Positions 61,801 through 64,000 of a DNA stretch of 64,000 bases are shown here, one piece after another. The notes below the pieces were generated by a model. That model saw nothing but the letters and a program-made list of their open reading frames with translations. It did no database searches and was not told where the DNA came from. The position numbers were made by a program, and so were the translations under genes. The stretch's first letter is position 1. Every line of letters starts with the position of its first letter. Source of the DNA: Eledone cirrhosa (Eukaryota); contig OZ024743.1 in assembly GCA_964016885.1 (NCBI GenBank), positions 374,294,001-374,358,000 on the forward strand, written 5' to 3'.

Positions 61801-61976
61801 AAGGAAATGTGGTAAGGAACCAGGTGGACCATAACGCACCAAAGTACTCAATACTTAGGGTAGTATAGTGGGTAATAGGAACGAGTAGGACCCCGACGAC
61901 TGAGCTCAAGCCGTTTCGACGGCGAATTAGCCGTCGAAACGGCTTGAGCTCAGCCGTCGGGGTCCTACTCGTTCCT
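61797..61976 (-). mobile_element. Family A foldback element
   Basis: Palindrome centred on ggcgaattagcc plus the family tail; TA-flanked. Confidence 0.85.
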
Positions 61977-62004
61977 ATATATATATATATATATATATAT
62001 TTAT

Positions 62005-62472
62005 TTAGGTTTGTTGGTTCACCACTGGATAGAACTGATCATTCCGTATGGTCAACCTCGATGTAATATTATGGAGAGCACTCAACGTAATGCAACTCAC
62101 CCGTCTTCGTTTGTGTATTTGGTGATGCGAGTACGAAGTTAATTATTATAAAATAACAGGAGGCTGGACTGGCATAAATCCTTGAAAGGTTTATTATACT
62201 ATGATCATTTCAATGACCGGGTTCAGTATGAATCCGGTGATATTATCAGGTATATTCGAGGGCGGCCGACTGAGGTAGAAGCTGCTAAATAGTCGGTTGT
62301 CCTCTTGTCTCTGATTTTCAGCTCCATGGATTATCGTCTGTTATATTCCTTTTTATATTTTGAATACCTGATGATATCACCGGATTCATACTGAACCCGG
62401 TCATTGAAATGGTCATAGTATAATAACACTTTCAAGGATTTACACTAGTCCAGCCTCCTGTTATTTTATAAT
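62005..62472. mobile_element. Foldback element with HHR at 62364-62421 (+)
   Basis: Arms ~62144-62257 and 62360-62472; atac-CTGATGA-stem II-GAA-ATGGTCAT-A^gtat; the left-arm core is mutated to CTGATAA. Confidence 0.78.
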
Positions 62473-62481
62473 ATATATATA

Positions 62482-62562
<81 letters not shown>

Positions 62563-62567
<5 letters not shown>

Positions 62568-64000
62568 TAAAATAACAGATTAACGTTTAAGCAAAGAATC
62601 GCTGCTTTCACCCTTAACGGGATCTTCTGAAACTAACAAAGTCAATCTGTAAACGTAGAACTGGATATTTCAAAAAACGTTGCAACCGGAGGAAGACAGG
62701 AAGACGATACTTTGGTTCATGGTGACGTTCGCTGGCAAAGAACGGGAAAAAACGAATAATACGTCATTAATAGGAGCGGTGAAAGACAATTACGTGCAAG
62801 GACAGAACCACGTTTATGGTATAAAAGAGGTCGTAAACTAATGTTCTCTAAATGGTGCATAGAGACGTTCTCTGGCAATGAACGAAAAAACGAAGATAAT
62901 AAGTCATATGTGGAGCGTGGAGAACAATAGCGTGCAAAGACAAAACCACGTAAATGGTATAGCAGAAGTCGTAGACTAAAATTCTAACTAGGAGACCGAA
63001 TGAATCTCCGCTACAGAGTTAAGAACAAAGTAAATAAATACAATACAGAAGTAATAGGAACAAATAAATACATACACGCAAACAGATACGTACATACACA
63101 AGCATACGCCAAACCTTACCATAGGTATACAAAACCACGCACATATAAGTATGTGTATGTGTGTATGCTTGTGTACAAATAAATAAATAATTATATAAAC
63201 GTATATAAGTAAATAAATACGTATATAACAAGCGCGCACACACATACCTACAAATAAATACATGAAGGTTCGGAGACGTTAGTCAACTAAAACAAGAAGT
63301 ACACATAAACACACACCCACCATACGTACGAATCTGCATACTCACGCAGACGCAAAACTCCCATATACACATAACCAAGCCCTAAATACCAGAATATGTA
63401 AAAATTATACGCCAAAACAGTCAAATATACGTACGAGAAGGTATACATACCTTCACAAAACATACGGGTAATATATACTTACCTATGCAAATAAGTAAAG
63501 GAATAAACAAAACATATACTTAGCTCCCACATCAAGACGTAAATATCCACGTATAGATCGTGCTATCCGTTAGGGTATAACGTAGGGCTGTAATACAGGA
63601 AAGTTTTGTGCAATTTATGTTTACAAGCCGAAATTGCCTCAGATTTTTTGTTTAAGATGTGGTCTGTGGCGTAGAGTATTTCCAGGGCCTCAGCGGCGCA
63701 GAGGTCACATGGTCTTTTATTTCCGTTATACGATCTAGCCCTAGCTAGGATCTCCCAGTGTAACTTATATTGGGTGTGGTTGTCTTTTAGACTCCAGATA
63801 TAAGCTGAAAGTGACGTCATATTCCTTCTTAGAGGGTAACGAAAAGAATGGGTATGCATGTAAAGACGCTGCTTGAAACTATTGGCGGTTAACCCTATGT
63901 AGGCCCTACGGGACGTGGGTGTTACAATCTTACATTTGTAGACAATGTTACTAGAGAGGCATTTCCCGGATAGGGGACAATCAGCCCGATTCCTACAATT
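62563..64000 (-). mobile_element. Penelope-like element 4: GIY-YIG C-terminus plus 3' UTR ending in (TA)n, running off the right edge
   Basis: The terminal ~60 bp (62575-62625 region) recur between TA tracts at 20848-20908. Confidence 0.8.
63564..64000 (-). CDS. PLE GIY-YIG endonuclease C-terminus (partial)
   Basis: NCRNRADCPLSGKCLSSNIVYKCKI...AYIGLTANSFKQRLYMHTHSF...TSLSAYIWSLK...CDLC..E...LNKKSE...CKH; open frame to its stop. Confidence 0.85.

Overview
Eukaryotic, gene-poor, repeat-dense DNA. The SINE types and (TA)n/(CA)n density suggest a cephalopod (Octopus-like) genome, which is an inference. I see no intact host gene, and nearly all ORF-track entries are microsatellite artefacts. The window holds two large satellites (66-bp and 19-bp units), SINEs, RTE-like and RLE-type LINE fragments, and four distinct Penelope-like retroelement (PLE) remnants with RT and/or GIY-YIG domains. 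The main signal is a set of (TA)n-embedded elements sharing one architecture: head-to-head inverted arms whose 3' ends face outward into (TA)n. Most carry a type I hammerhead ribozyme (HHR) motif that can be folded by eye: stem I, CUGANGA, stem II, GAAA, a usually palindromic stem III, and an NUH site. The best case is a non-coding array of ~465-467-nt monomers with one HHR each (36319-39500), i.e. a retrozyme-like, putatively circular-RNA element, with a second ~260-nt candidate at 25482-26026. About ten sequence-distinct HHR families occur in 64 kb. Ribozyme activity, circular RNA production and mobilisation by PLEs are inferred, not shown.
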